Assembly: GCA_965204745.1 (NCBI GenBank)
Contig: OZ242010.1
Span: forward strand, 3,936,001-4,000,000
Length of the DNA: 64,000 nucleotides
Direction: 5' to 3'
Source: Candidatus Latescibacterota bacterium
GTDB lineage: Bacteria; Latescibacterota; UBA2968
Numbering within the stretch: position 1 is the stretch's first letter; every line of letters begins with the position of its first letter. Shown one piece after another: positions 1-10,418 of the stretch. The notes beneath the pieces are model-generated. The model worked only from the letters and a program-made list of their open reading frames with translations, was not told the origin of the DNA and ran no database searches. The translations under genes and the position numbers were made by a program.

Positions 1-5
1 TTTAT

Positions 6-1388
6 GTGCCCTTGTCCGTTGGTGTGGGCATTGGGGTGTCTATTGCGTGTCTGGTGGGGGTGTATTTCACGCGCCCGAGAATCCTTTGGGCGACCTTGGT
101 TCTGTTTGGCTTCTGTTGGGCATTGCCCATGCGCCATACCGTTAAATTGATTTCCCATGACTTCGAGAGCGTGTTTTACATCGGCCTGCCTCTGGTCTTC
201 TTCTCGCTTATTCTGCTGTGTCTATCCCGACGCTTCAAGGCCCCGCCTTTGACGGTCGGCTTTGCGGGTGTTGCCCTGATCGTCTTTGTCCTTTCCAGTT
301 TTCAGATGAGCCATTTCTATGCCCCCGATGCGACGCAACGCCAAAAGGCTGAGCTAGCAGACGCGACAGCCATCCGCCGGTTAACGACAGAAAACGACCC
401 CATTTTTATTTTTTTTTTCTTGTCCAACTCCTACATCGAGACAAATCGGATAGGATACTATCTGAACCGGAGAATTATTCACTCTCATGCTCTCACCGCA
501 GAGGGCTTCACAGTGATGTTTGATCGCCTGGAGACAGACGCGTTGCTCACGCCGAAAAACGAGCGGATATTCCTCTATGACTCCAAGAAATTGCTCGAGG
601 AGTATCGGCAGGTATATCAACGGGTCGTGTCTGGCGAGGTGGTGGCGCGCTCGACCTTCGATGTGTACCGCGACGAGCGTGTGTTGCATTACGTCAAAAG
701 TCCCTGTTCTGACGCGGACATGCAGACCGAATTCTTCTTGCACATCTTTCCGACAGACACGCAGGAACTGCCCCCTCATCGCTGGCGGTGGGGGTATGAC
801 AACTTGGCTATCCGCCTGTACCCATTTTCCACGTTCCGCTCTCAGCGCTGGCGGTGGGGGTATGACAACGACGGCTTTTCTTTTGATACGCGAGGTCTGC
901 GGTTCGATGACAAATGCTTGGCGAGCATCGCGCTTCCACACTACGACATCGCCCGGATTGAAACCGGACCACTTTCCCCCGGCCAAAGCAAAGAACGCGC
1001 TGATGATCCCGGGATGCTCAAAGCGCATCGGCAGGCATATCAACGGGTAGTATCTGGCGAGGTGGTGGCGCGGTCAACCTTTGATGTGTATCGCGACGAG
1101 CGCGTGTTGCATTACGTCAAAACGCCCTGTTCTGATGCGGACGTGAAAACCAAATTCTTCTTGCACATCTTTCCGACCAAGAAGGAACCATCCTCCCTGC
1201 ACTATCGGTGGAGGTATAAAAACATCGACTTTGATTTTTCTTCCTACGGCTTGCGGTTCGATGACAAATGCTTGGCGAGCATCGCGCTTCCGCCCTACGA
1301 CATCGCCCGTATTGAAACGGGTCAGTTCAACAATGATGGAGTTAGAGTGTGGGAGGCAGAAATTTTTCTCAACGCGCAGTCAAAGTAG
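6..1388 (+). CDS. Membrane protein (probably 5'-truncated by window edge) with duplicated C-terminal extracytoplasmic domain
   Basis: Hydrophobic helices at the N-terminus, then two copies of 'FDVYRDERVLHYVK.PC..D....FFLHIFP...GLRFDDKCLASIALP.YDIARIETG'. Confidence 0.6.
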   Translation: MPLSVGVGIGVSIACLVGVYFTRPRILWATLVLFGFCWALPMRHTVKLISHDFESVFYIGLPLVFFSLILLCLSRRFKAPPLTVGFAGVALIVFVLSSFQMSHFYAPDATQRQKAELADATAIRRLTTENDPIFIFFFLSNSYIETNRIGYYLNRRIIHSHALTAEGFTVMFDRLETDALLTPKNERIFLYDSKKLLEEYRQVYQRVVSGEVVARSTFDVYRDERVLHYVKSPCSDADMQTEFFLHIFPTDTQELPPHRWRWGYDNLAIRLYPFSTFRSQRWRWGYDNDGFSFDTRGLRFDDKCLASIALPHYDIARIETGPLSPGQSKERADDPGMLKAHRQAYQRVVSGEVVARSTFDVYRDERVLHYVKTPCSDADVKTKFFLHIFPTKKEPSSLHYRWRYKNIDFDFSSYGLRFDDKCLASIALPPYDIARIETGQFNNDGVRVWEAEIFLNAQSK

Positions 1389-1404
1389 GTGATACATCTG
1401 AGAG

Positions 1405-1551
1405 TAGGTAAGACGCGAGACGCAAGAGGGGAGAGGCAAGACGCAAGAGGGGAGAGGTAAGACGCAAGAGGGGAGAGGCAAGACGCAAGAGGCAAGAGGT
1501 AAGAGGCAAGAGGGGAGAGGCAAGACGCAAGAGGCGAAAAGCGAAACGCAA
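1405..1551 (+). repeat. Heptamer tandem array (GAGGCAA/GACGCAA/GAGGGGA/GAGGTAA variants), 21 units
   Basis: 7-bp periodicity read directly. Confidence 0.9.
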
Positions 1552-1730
1552 GAGGGCCATCGTCAAGTTGACGAAAGGCGAGCGGGGATGGGGACGCACA
1601 TGGCGGGGCAAGGTAGCGGAAGGGATCGCACGGGTGGTTGGGTGGCCTTCTCACGTCTTGCCTCTACCTTCTCACTTTTTGGGGTGTAGGATGCCCCCGT
1701 GCTCGGTCGAAGATACAAGATGGAGCGAGG

Positions 1731-2978
1731 ATGTTTGAAACGGACAAATACGATCTGATCATCGTGGGTGCAGGGCCTGCGGGGGCGACTGCGGCGCTGT
1801 ATGCCCATCGCACGGGATTGCGGGTCTGCTTGGTGGATAAGGCGCGGTTTCCGCGGGACAAAATCTGTGGGGACGCGCTATCGGGCAAAGTGGTGTCGAT
1901 CTTGCACGAACTCGATTTGCTCGATGACATAGCGCGATTGCCGGGCGCGGCGATTCGGAAAGTGGTGTTTGGTAGCCCTGATCATGCGGTTGCGCGGGTG
2001 GATTTGCGCGGGTATGACCACCGAGATCGCGCAACCGGCAAAATTTTGCCAATGGAAGGCTTTGTGATTCGGCGCGCCGTGCTGGATCACTTCTTGTTTG
2101 AAAAAGCGCGAAAAATCGTCGATGCGTGTTACGAGGGATTCGCGGTCAAAGCCCTGCTGTTTGAACGCGGACAAGTGGTGGGGGTGCGCGGGGTGGTGGA
2201 TGGCGTGGAACGCGAGATACGGGCGCGCGTGGTATTGGGGGCCGATGGATTCAATTCGATAGTGGCGCGCAAGGCGGGCCTATACGCGCACGCATCCGCG
2301 CATTGGGTGGTGGCAATTCGGCGTTATTACGAAAATGTGGCGGGGCTGAGCGACCAGATCGAGTTGCACTTTGTCGATGAAGTCTTGCCCGGCTACTTCT
2401 GGATTTTTCCGCTGGAAAATGGAACGGCAAATGTGGGCATTGGCATGCGCCACGACGCGCTGAAGAAACGGAACGTGAATTTGAAAGCCGCATTAAACGC
2501 GGTGATTCACCGCCCGCCTTATGCCCATCGGTTCAAAGACGCGCGACCACTCGAAGACCCAGTGGGCTGGAATTTGCCCGTGGGCAGTACGCGCCGCAAA
2601 AGTTATGGCGATGGCGTGTTGCTCTTGGGCGATGCCGCGGGCTTGATCGACCCCTTCACCGGCGAGGGCATTGGCAACGCCCTGTATTCGGCACGCTTTG
2701 CCGTCGAAGTGGTGAAAGAAGCACTTATAGCCAGGGATCATTCAGCGGCTTTTTTGAAGCGATACGAAGACCGCTTGTGGGATGCGATAGGCGACGAATT
2801 GGCGACGAGCACGCGGATGCAGAAACTGGGCCAATGGCGCCCCCTACTCAATTTCACCATCCACAAAGCCTCACACAACGCCACGGTCCGCGATCTCATC
2901 TGCGGCATGATGGCTAACGCCGTCCCCAAAAAACACCTCACAAATCCGTTGTTTTATTTGAAATTGTTGTTCAGTTGA
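1731..2978 (+). CDS. Geranylgeranyl reductase-family FAD-dependent oxidoreductase
   Basis: IIVGAGPAG, FPRDKICGD, GYFWIFP and GDAAGLIDPFTGEGI motifs; ATG at 1731 preceded by GGAG/GAGG. Confidence 0.85.
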   Translation: MFETDKYDLIIVGAGPAGATAALYAHRTGLRVCLVDKARFPRDKICGDALSGKVVSILHELDLLDDIARLPGAAIRKVVFGSPDHAVARVDLRGYDHRDRATGKILPMEGFVIRRAVLDHFLFEKARKIVDACYEGFAVKALLFERGQVVGVRGVVDGVEREIRARVVLGADGFNSIVARKAGLYAHASAHWVVAIRRYYENVAGLSDQIELHFVDEVLPGYFWIFPLENGTANVGIGMRHDALKKRNVNLKAALNAVIHRPPYAHRFKDARPLEDPVGWNLPVGSTRRKSYGDGVLLLGDAAGLIDPFTGEGIGNALYSARFAVEVVKEALIARDHSAAFLKRYEDRLWDAIGDELATSTRMQKLGQWRPLLNFTIHKASHNATVRDLICGMMANAVPKKHLTNPLFYLKLLFS

Positions 2979-3011
2979 ATCAGTCCGCCCCGCCCAACCG
3001 CCCTTCGGTAA

Positions 3012-3095
3012 GAGGTAAGACGGGAGAGGTAAGACGGGAGAGGTAAGATGGGAGAGGTAAGATGGGAGAGGTAAGACGGGAGAGGCGAAAGGCAA
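3012..3095 (+). repeat. Heptamer tandem array (GAGGTAA/GA[CT]GGGA), 12 units
   Basis: Alternating heptamers giving a 14-bp period. Confidence 0.9.
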
Positions 3096-3229
3096 CCCCT
3101 GATGAACACCGATAAAAGACAAGGCATCTGCGTTCTTATACCACGCGGGGATAGGTCCGTGGTTGCACGCTACACGTTGCATGTTTATATTCGCTGACCG
3201 CTAACCGCTATTTTCACAGGAGGTAACAC

Positions 3230-4093
3230 ATGCATGTGGGCATGCGAATCCCGCCGATGGGTCGGGAAATGGGATTGGAAGGTATTATTCAATGGGCCGC
3301 AGACAATGGTTTGGCGTCGATTGATCTGCCCGAAGTCGATGCTGAAATTCGCGCGTGGTGCGACCGTGCGAAAATCGGTATTGGCAGCGTGGATTGGGGC
3401 GCAGGAGGCGGTGTGTTGAGCAAAGATGATCGCGTGCGAAACAAAGCCGTGGGCGCGATGAAGCAACGCGTCCGCGCAGTTGCCGAGCACGGCTCTGGCG
3501 TGATTTTTCTGTGTCTCTCGCCCGATGACCGGTTGCAGAAGCGCGCCGAGACGTTTGAGGTGTTCGAACAGAGCTATCCCGAGATCGTGGCAGAAGCAGA
3601 GGCGTGCGAGGTTTTTCTCGCCATTGAACCCTGGCCTGGGCCACCGCCCGCGTATCCGAATTTGGGGTGTACGCCCGAAACCCTGCGCGCGGTGTTCAAG
3701 GCTGTGCCGTCTCCCAATTTGGGAATATGTTACGATCCATCGCACTTTGCGCGCATTGGCGTGGATTACAAGCGCGTGCTGATCGAGTTTGGCGACCGGG
3801 TGCGGCATGTGCATGCCAAAGATACCGAACGCTTGGCAGATGGGCTTTACGAGTTTGGGTACCTGGGCCAATCGTTTGGACAACGCTACGGGCACGGCGA
3901 AGGTTGGTGGCGGTATTGCATTCCCGGCTGGGGCGTGGTGGATTGGAAATGGGTGGTGGCGCGTCTGGAAGAAATCGGCTATGACGGCCCCCTGTCCATT
4001 GAATTAGAAGACCACCGCTACAGCGGCAGTGCAGAAAAAAACGCAGCGGGCATCCTGTCTGCAAAACGCTATCTCGAAGCGATTTTGGAATAA
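3230..4093 (+). CDS. Sugar phosphate isomerase/epimerase (AP endonuclease 2 TIM barrel)
   Basis: LAIEP, YDPSH, HVHAKD and LSIELED motifs; AGGAGG RBS. Confidence 0.85.
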   Translation: MHVGMRIPPMGREMGLEGIIQWAADNGLASIDLPEVDAEIRAWCDRAKIGIGSVDWGAGGGVLSKDDRVRNKAVGAMKQRVRAVAEHGSGVIFLCLSPDDRLQKRAETFEVFEQSYPEIVAEAEACEVFLAIEPWPGPPPAYPNLGCTPETLRAVFKAVPSPNLGICYDPSHFARIGVDYKRVLIEFGDRVRHVHAKDTERLADGLYEFGYLGQSFGQRYGHGEGWWRYCIPGWGVVDWKWVVARLEEIGYDGPLSIELEDHRYSGSAEKNAAGILSAKRYLEAILE

Positions 4094-4123
4094 CAGCGGA
4101 CGCATTATCGACACATAAAACCA

Positions 4124-4159
4124 AAACCCCGGCGTCGTCAAAAGACGATACCGGGGTTC
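4124..4159. terminator. Hairpin between convergent genes
   Basis: AACCCCGG.GTCGTC-loop-GACGAT.CCGGGGTT inverted repeat. Confidence 0.55.
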
Positions 4160-4291
4160 TCGTTGTCTGACCTCCTCCCCACCTATCCCCGTGCGTGCCC
4201 GTCCCGTCTCTACCCCGCTGTGTGCGGCACCACCGCTCCGCCCATCCGCCGTGTGCGTTCCCGTCTCCACCCCGCTTTGTGCGTTCTGTGG

Positions 4292-5188
4292 CTAAACGCT
4301 CATCTCGTCTATCACCGCCTGCATCGTAGCCCCCATTTCCGCGGGGCTTTCGCAGACGTGGATGCCCGCATCTCGGAGGGCCGCCATTTTATCAGCGGCA
4401 GAGCCTTGTCCGCCCGAGATGATCGCGCCTGCGTGTCCCATGCGCCGGCCGGGGGGCGCGGTTTGGCCCGCGATAAAACTGACCACGGGCTTGTCGAAAT
4501 GGGCTTTGACGTACGCGGCGGCTTCCTCTTCCGCAGTGCCCCCGATTTCCCCGATCATGATCACGGCGTCCGTGTCCGTGTCGTCCCGAAAGAGCATGAG
4601 GCAGTCCGTGAAGGTCGTGCCGATGATCGGATCTCCGCCAATGCCCACGCAGGACGATTGCCCAAACCCGGCATCGGTGAGTTGCGAGACCGCCTCGTAC
4701 GTGAGCGTGCCGCTGCGCGAAATCACGCCGATGCGCCCCTCGCGGTGAATCGCGCCGGGCATAATACCGATTTTGCACTTGCCCGGGGAAATCAGCCCCG
4801 GACAATTTGGGCCGATCAAGCGCGTGGGTTTATCCGCCAAGTAGTGTTTGACTTTGAGCATGTCCAAAACCGGGATGTGCTCGGAAATGCACACGACCAA
4901 AGGCAGGCCCGCATCGGCGGCCTCCATAATGGTGTCCGCAGCAAAGGGCGCGGGAACGAAATTGGCCGATGCCGTGGCACCGGTTTGTGCTATCGCTTCG
5001 GAGACCGTGTCAAACACCGGCACCCCATCCGCGCTTTCGCCGCCCTTGCCCGCGTTGACCACGCCGACGACCTGAGTGCCGTATTCCATCATTTGTTGCA
5101 GATGAAACCGCGCCTCGCCCCCCATTGCCCTGCTGCTGGAAAATGTCTGGACGATCACGCGGGTGTCGCTGTCAATGAGAATGCCCAT
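4292..5188 (-). CDS. sucD: Succinyl-CoA synthetase alpha subunit
   Basis: [18 protein letters not shown] and [10 protein letters not shown] motifs. Confidence 0.95.
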   Translation of the reverse strand: MGILIDSDTRVIVQTFSSSRAMGGEARFHLQQMMEYGTQVVGVVNAGKGGESADGVPVFDTVSEAIAQTGATASANFVPAPFAADTIMEAADAGLPLVVCISEHIPVLDMLKVKHYLADKPTRLIGPNCPGLISPGKCKIGIMPGAIHREGRIGVISRSGTLTYEAVSQLTDAGFGQSSCVGIGGDPIIGTTFTDCLMLFRDDTDTDAVIMIGEIGGTAEEEAAAYVKAHFDKPVVSFIAGQTAPPGRRMGHAGAIISGGQGSAADKMAALRDAGIHVCESPAEMGATMQAVIDEMSV

Positions 5189-5267
5189 AAGGTGTTCCTC
5201 GTAGGTTAAAGGTGATGTGTGAAACGCGAGATGCGAGAGGGGAGAAGACCGTGGCCCACAACCCCAA

Positions 5268-5295
5268 GTTGTCAGTTGTCAGTTGTCAGTTGTCA
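5268..5295 (+). repeat. (GTTGTCA)4 heptamer array
   Basis: Read directly; flanks resemble those of the IS982-occupied array at 15297. Confidence 0.85.
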
Positions 5296-5377
5296 GTCCC
5301 CGCCTCCGCCCTACCGCTCATCAATGTGATATTTGTTGTGCTGGTCCGAGATCATTAGGAGAACGTCGTATTGAGCG

Positions 5378-5896
5378 CTACGTCATAATCACGCCTTCGT
5401 GCCTCAGCAAAAACGCTTTCTTGTCCAATCCCCCGGCGTATCCCGTCAGACTGCCGGACGCGCCAACCACGCGATGGCACGGCACTGCGATAGCTATGGG
5501 ATTCTTGCCATTGGCCGCGCCCACCGCTTGTGACGCGCCCACATTGCCCAAGGCGCGGGCGATGTCTCCGTACGCGCGCGTTTGCCCAAAGGGGATTTCC
5601 CGCACCAACGCCCACACGCGCTGCTGAAAATCCGTGCCGTGCAACTCCAATGGCAAATCAAAACGTCTCGACGTCCCGTCAAAATACATCGTCAGTTGTT
5701 GCACCGCCTCGTCAAGGACCGCGTGCGCCCTCGCCCGAGGCAACGCCATCTTCGCCCGCTCGGTCTGTTCACCCGCAAACGCAATCGCCCGGATGCCCGC
5801 ATCTGACGCCAACACGGTCAACGCCCCCAACGGACTCGCCACCTCGCGCCAAACAGTCTCGCCCGGCAATTTCTTTAAGAGATGCAAATCGAACAT
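5378..5896 (-). CDS. ogt: Methylated-DNA-protein-cysteine S-methyltransferase
   Basis: GTDFQQRVW and AVGAANGKNPIAIAVPCHRVV active-site motif. Confidence 0.92.
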   Translation of the reverse strand: MFDLHLLKKLPGETVWREVASPLGALTVLASDAGIRAIAFAGEQTERAKMALPRARAHAVLDEAVQQLTMYFDGTSRRFDLPLELHGTDFQQRVWALVREIPFGQTRAYGDIARALGNVGASQAVGAANGKNPIAIAVPCHRVVGASGSLTGYAGGLDKKAFLLRHEGVIMT

Positions 5897-6030
5897 CGCG
5901 CGCTCCGATGAGTGGTCAGTGGTTAGCGGTCGGCAAAACGAGCGGTTAAAAGGCTTTTATTATACACAAAAACGAGCTGTATGCCTAAAAAAATAGCCCT
6001 TCAAACACCCGTCGATGCTCAACCTCGCCC

Positions 6031-6059
6031 TTGAAATCCAGCGCATTCCGTATTATATT
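6031..6059 (+). promoter_or_regulatory. Putative sigma70 promoter for sucAB
   Basis: TTGAAA-N17-TATATT. Confidence 0.55.
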
Positions 6060-6207
6060 ACTGATGAAAGTAAGCGGGCAGAGGAAAAGTCTCCCGCCTG
6101 CCGTCACTCCGCTGAACGGGTTTTGCCATTAGAGAGCCACCCTCTGATTCAGCAAGGGGAGAACGTCACTACGGGGAGTAGAAATTCTCAAGTGATGGAG
6201 GATACTT

Positions 6208-9018
6208 ATGTCATTCGATATTGCGACAACTGCAAATGCCGATTACATCGACGCCATGTACGAAAAGTTCAGAGCCGATCCCAATTTGGTCGATGGGCAA
6301 TGGCAGGCATTTTTTGCGGGATTCGAGTTGGGAGCGCGGCGCGAGGGCGCGGATGAACCGGTGATCCAAAGCGCGCCTGAGCAGGCCGAAAGCGCGGGTG
6401 AGCGCGAGGCAATCGCCTTTCTCGATGCGTATGACACATTGGAGGAATACACGCGCACGGATATGACGCGGCAACAAGGCGCGATGGCCTTGGTCAATGC
6501 CTATCGCGCCTGGGGGCACATGATCGCCGATATCGCGCCGATGAGTTATACGCGGCCGCCCTATCCCCTGTTGGAATTGGCTGAATACGGCTTTACAGAA
6601 GACGATTTGGATCAAATTGTCGGCAATGGCGGCTTCAATGGCCCCACGGATGGCACGTTGCGCGACCTCGTCGCCAAGCTCGGGCAAACCTATTGCGGGT
6701 CCGTGGCCGTGGAATACACCGAGATCCCCTACAAGAGCCAACACGAGTGGCTAGAACAGCGCATGGAGCCGATTCTCAACCGGCCAAAATTCAGCGCGGA
6801 GCAATGCCGCGACCTCTTGGGGCAACTCATTGAAGCGCGGGAGTTTGAGCAATTTTTGCACACCAAGTACATCGGGCGAAAGCGGTTCTCTATCGAAGGC
6901 GGCGAGGCCCTCTTGCCCATGTTGCACGCGATCATCGAAACCGGCGCCGCGCTCAATGTCGAAGAAATTGTGATGGGGATGGCGCATCGCGGCAGGCTCA
7001 ACGTGCTCACGCATGTGATGCACAAGCCCTACGCGGAAATTTTCAGCGAGTTCGAGGGCGTTGTGATGGACCGCAGCGAGGGATCCGGCGACGTGAAATA
7101 CCACATGGGATACGCCCATGAATACATCACGCGCGATGGCCGCGAAGTGCATTTGGGATTGACGCCCAACCCGAGCCACCTCGAGTTGGTCAACCCGGTG
7201 ATCGAGGGCATCGTCTGCACCAAGCAAGAGACCAAAGGCGACATACAACACGAGCACATCGTCCCCTTGATCATCCACGGCGACGCCGCCTTTGCCGGGC
7301 AGGGCATCGTCCCGGAAACGATCTGCCTGTCCCACTTGGATGGCTACGACAACGGGGGCACGATCCACATTGTGGTCAACAACCAAATCGGGTTCACGGC
7401 CCTGCCCCGCGAATCCCGGTTTACGTCGTATCCAACAGACGTCGCCAAAATCGTCAAAATGCCGATTTTTCACGTCAATGGCGACGACCCCGAAGCCGTG
7501 GTCCACGCGGCGCGCTTGGCCATGGCCTATCGCCAAGCTGTGAAAAACGACGTGATCATCGACCTGTGGTGTTACCGCAGGTACGGGCACAATGAATCCG
7601 ACGATCCCGCTTTTACCCAACCTTTGCAATACGCTGAAATCGCGGCGCATCCGACGGTCGTCGATCTGTACGCCAACCGCCTCATCGAGCAAAACATCGC
7701 CACGGAAGACGACGTCGCGGCCATGAAACGCGCGGTGCGGGAAAAACTCGACGCCGGCTTGGTCGCGGCCAAGACGCAGACGATTGAACAACCGCGCGGG
7801 CCCTCATTTGGCGGCGCGTGGCAGGGATATGGCAAGGCGGGGACAGACCGCACCGCGAAAACCGCCGTGCCCGCAGCGCGCTTGATCGACATCGCCCAAA
7901 AGGCGACCGCCGTGCCCGAGGGGTTTCACCTCTACCGCAAATTGGCGCGCCAATTCGATTACCGCATGCAGATGGTCAACGGCAACGCGCCCATGGACTG
8001 GGGGTGCGCCGAGATGCTCGCGTTTGGCAGCTTGTTGGTCGAGGGCTACTCGGTGCGCTTGGCCGGGCAGGATTCGCAGCGCGGCACGTTTAGCCATCGG
8101 CAAGCCGTGTGGCACGACGTCAAAACCGGCGCGCTCTATTCCCCGCTGAATCACCTGTCGGACGATCAAGCCGGGTTCAGGGTGTACAATACCATGTTGT
8201 CCGAACTCGCGGTGCTCGGTTTTGAGTTTGGCGTGAGCTATGCCAACCCCAACAAATTGACGATTTGGGAAGCGCAGTTTGGCGATTTTGTCAATGGCGC
8301 GCAGGCCATCATCGATCAGTTCATTTCCAGTTCCGAGGCCAAGTGGGAAAAGATGAGCGGCTTGGTGATGCTGTTGCCACACGGGTTTGAAGGCCAAGGC
8401 CCCGAGCATTCGAGCGCGCGCTTAGAGCGGTTTCAAGCCCTATGCGCCGAAGACAACATGCAGGTGGGCTGTCCCACCTTGCCCGCGCAGTATTTCCATC
8501 TGTTGCGCCGGCAGATGCTCCGCGAGTTTCGCAAGCCCCTGATTTTGATGATGCCCAAGAGTTTGTTGCGGCACAAAGAATCGACCTCCGCGCCCGACGA
8601 TTTGGCTTCCGGCGCGTTTTACCCGGTTTTGGACGACCCCGCACAGCCGGATCCCAGCCGGGTCGAGCGCGTCGTGTTTTGCACGGGCAAGGTCTTTTTC
8701 GACCTCAAAGAGGGGCGCGATCAAAAGGGCGAGGATCGGCTCGCGCTGGTGCGGATCGAAGAACACTATCCGTTCCCGTGGGATAGCGTGGGCGCGATTC
8801 TCGACAAATACCCGGATGCGGACATTTTCTGGGGACAAGAAGAGCCGCAAAACATGGGCAGTTGGGATTTTATGGAGCCAAAAATCCGCCGCGCGCTCGC
8901 CGACAAAAAGCCCGTGCATTACATCGGGCGCAAGCCCACCGCTGCAACGGCTACGGGCATTCAATCCGTGCATCTGGCCGAACAGCGCGAGATCGTGGAA
9001 ACGACATTGGATTTCTAA
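6208..9018 (+). CDS. sucA: 2-oxoglutarate dehydrogenase E1
   Basis: GMAHRGRLN, GDVKYH, HGDAAFAGQG, WEAQFGDF and GPEHSSARLER motifs. Confidence 0.97.
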   Translation: MSFDIATTANADYIDAMYEKFRADPNLVDGQWQAFFAGFELGARREGADEPVIQSAPEQAESAGEREAIAFLDAYDTLEEYTRTDMTRQQGAMALVNAYRAWGHMIADIAPMSYTRPPYPLLELAEYGFTEDDLDQIVGNGGFNGPTDGTLRDLVAKLGQTYCGSVAVEYTEIPYKSQHEWLEQRMEPILNRPKFSAEQCRDLLGQLIEAREFEQFLHTKYIGRKRFSIEGGEALLPMLHAIIETGAALNVEEIVMGMAHRGRLNVLTHVMHKPYAEIFSEFEGVVMDRSEGSGDVKYHMGYAHEYITRDGREVHLGLTPNPSHLELVNPVIEGIVCTKQETKGDIQHEHIVPLIIHGDAAFAGQGIVPETICLSHLDGYDNGGTIHIVVNNQIGFTALPRESRFTSYPTDVAKIVKMPIFHVNGDDPEAVVHAARLAMAYRQAVKNDVIIDLWCYRRYGHNESDDPAFTQPLQYAEIAAHPTVVDLYANRLIEQNIATEDDVAAMKRAVREKLDAGLVAAKTQTIEQPRGPSFGGAWQGYGKAGTDRTAKTAVPAARLIDIAQKATAVPEGFHLYRKLARQFDYRMQMVNGNAPMDWGCAEMLAFGSLLVEGYSVRLAGQDSQRGTFSHRQAVWHDVKTGALYSPLNHLSDDQAGFRVYNTMLSELAVLGFEFGVSYANPNKLTIWEAQFGDFVNGAQAIIDQFISSSEAKWEKMSGLVMLLPHGFEGQGPEHSSARLERFQALCAEDNMQVGCPTLPAQYFHLLRRQMLREFRKPLILMMPKSLLRHKESTSAPDDLASGAFYPVLDDPAQPDPSRVERVVFCTGKVFFDLKEGRDQKGEDRLALVRIEEHYPFPWDSVGAILDKYPDADIFWGQEEPQNMGSWDFMEPKIRRALADKKPVHYIGRKPTAATATGIQSVHLAEQREIVETTLDF

Positions 9019-9069
9019 CCCAACCCCCCGTTTCCCCGGACGGGGCGGAGTAACTTTAAGGAGGCACGC

Positions 9070-10254
9070 ATGCCCGTCGACGTGGTTTTGCCCGAATTGG
9101 GCGAGTCTGTCACCAGCGCCATTTTGGTCGAGTGGTTGAAATTGGATGGCGAGGCTGTCGCCGTGGATGAACCCATTGCGGTTATCGAAACGGATAAAGC
9201 CGATGTGGAATTGCCCGCGCCATCATCTGGCGTGTTGCACACCTTGAGGGCCGATGGCGACACCATCGAAATCGGCGAGGCCATCGCCACGATTGCAGAA
9301 GACGGCGCGCCAACGGTCAGTCGAGAATCGCGCCCGCCCGTGGCTGAGGCCGCGGCCCCTGTCGCAACCGCGCCCACAGATGCCCTAAGCCCGGCCGTGC
9401 GCCGCCTGGTGACAGAACACAATCTCGACCCCACGACCATCGCCGGCACCGGCAAAGATGGGCGATTGACCAAAGGAGATGTGCTCGCCCATCTCGATTC
9501 GGCAACGCCGGAACCGGAACCCCAAATCGAACCCGAACCAGCGGCACCACCAGCCGCCGGTGAACGGCGCGAGCCAATGAGCCAACTTCGCACGCGCATT
9601 GCCCAGCGTCTGGTCTCGGCACAGCAGACCGCGGCCATGTTGACCACGTTTAACGAGGTCGATATGAGCGGTATTTTTGAGTTGCGCGGCAAATACAAAG
9701 AGCCTTTTGCAGAGGTCCACGGCGTGTCCCTGGGCTTGATGTCCTTTTTCGTGCGCGCCTGCGTCATTGCCCTGGGGGATTTTCCCGACGTGAACGCCAG
9801 TATAGATGGTTCCGATATCGTCTATCGCGATTACGTCAACATGGGCATTGCCGTGGGCACGGATCGCGGCGTCGTGGTCCCGGTTTTGAAATCCGCAGAG
9901 CGCATGTCTTTTGCGACCATCGAATCCGAGATCAAGCGCGTGGCCCTGTCCGCACGCGAGGGCAAACTCGGCCTGAACGAGTTGAGCGGAGGCACCTTTA
10001 CAATTACCAATGGCGGCGTGTTTGGGTCCCTGTTGTCAACCCCCATTCTCACGCCACCGCAGACCGGCATTTTGGGCATGCACGCCATTCAAAACCGGCC
10101 CATTGCCGTGGGCGATGAGGTGGTCATCCGCCCCATGATGTATCTCGCCTTGACCTATGACCACCGCATCATCGACGGCCAAACTTCGGTCACATTCCTC
10201 GTGCGCGTCAAAAACCTGCTCGAAGACCCCGCACGCATGATGTTGGAGGTGTAG
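9070..10254 (+). CDS. sucB: 2-oxoglutarate dehydrogenase E2 (dihydrolipoyl succinyltransferase)
   Basis: Lipoyl ETDKA, E3-binding [13 protein letters not shown], catalytic YDHRIIDG. Confidence 0.96.
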   Translation: MPVDVVLPELGESVTSAILVEWLKLDGEAVAVDEPIAVIETDKADVELPAPSSGVLHTLRADGDTIEIGEAIATIAEDGAPTVSRESRPPVAEAAAPVATAPTDALSPAVRRLVTEHNLDPTTIAGTGKDGRLTKGDVLAHLDSATPEPEPQIEPEPAAPPAAGERREPMSQLRTRIAQRLVSAQQTAAMLTTFNEVDMSGIFELRGKYKEPFAEVHGVSLGLMSFFVRACVIALGDFPDVNASIDGSDIVYRDYVNMGIAVGTDRGVVVPVLKSAERMSFATIESEIKRVALSAREGKLGLNELSGGTFTITNGGVFGSLLSTPILTPPQTGILGMHAIQNRPIAVGDEVVIRPMMYLALTYDHRIIDGQTSVTFLVRVKNLLEDPARMMLEV

Positions 10255-10259
10255 GTATG

Positions 10260-10367
10260 AAGGCTAAGAGAGGGAAGAGGCAAGAGACGAAAGGCAAGAG
10301 GCGAAAGGCGAAAGGCAAAAGGGGAGAGGCAAGAGGCAAGAGGGGAGAGGCGAAAGGCAAGAGGGGA
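10260..10367 (+). repeat. Purine-rich heptamer array (GAGGCAA/AAGGCGA/GAGGGGA)
   Basis: 7-bp periodicity; edges approximate. Confidence 0.8.
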
Positions 10368-10418
10368 GAGGGTGCCTTCTCACGTCTTGCCTCTCACTTC
10401 TCACCTTTTGCAGACGGA

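Noticed and set aside
1322-1654. ORFs made of [14 protein letters not shown] or KRQEGRG repeats (also near 15191, 42720, 56760)
   Set aside because: These are translations of non-coding heptamer arrays.
4292-5188. sucD without adjacent sucC, and an ABC ATPase (14239) without permeases
   Set aside because: Partners may lie elsewhere in the genome; cannot be judged from one window.
6066-6207. Riboswitch in the sucA leader
   Set aside because: A hairpin is possible, but I recognise no aptamer consensus; an Rfam scan is needed.
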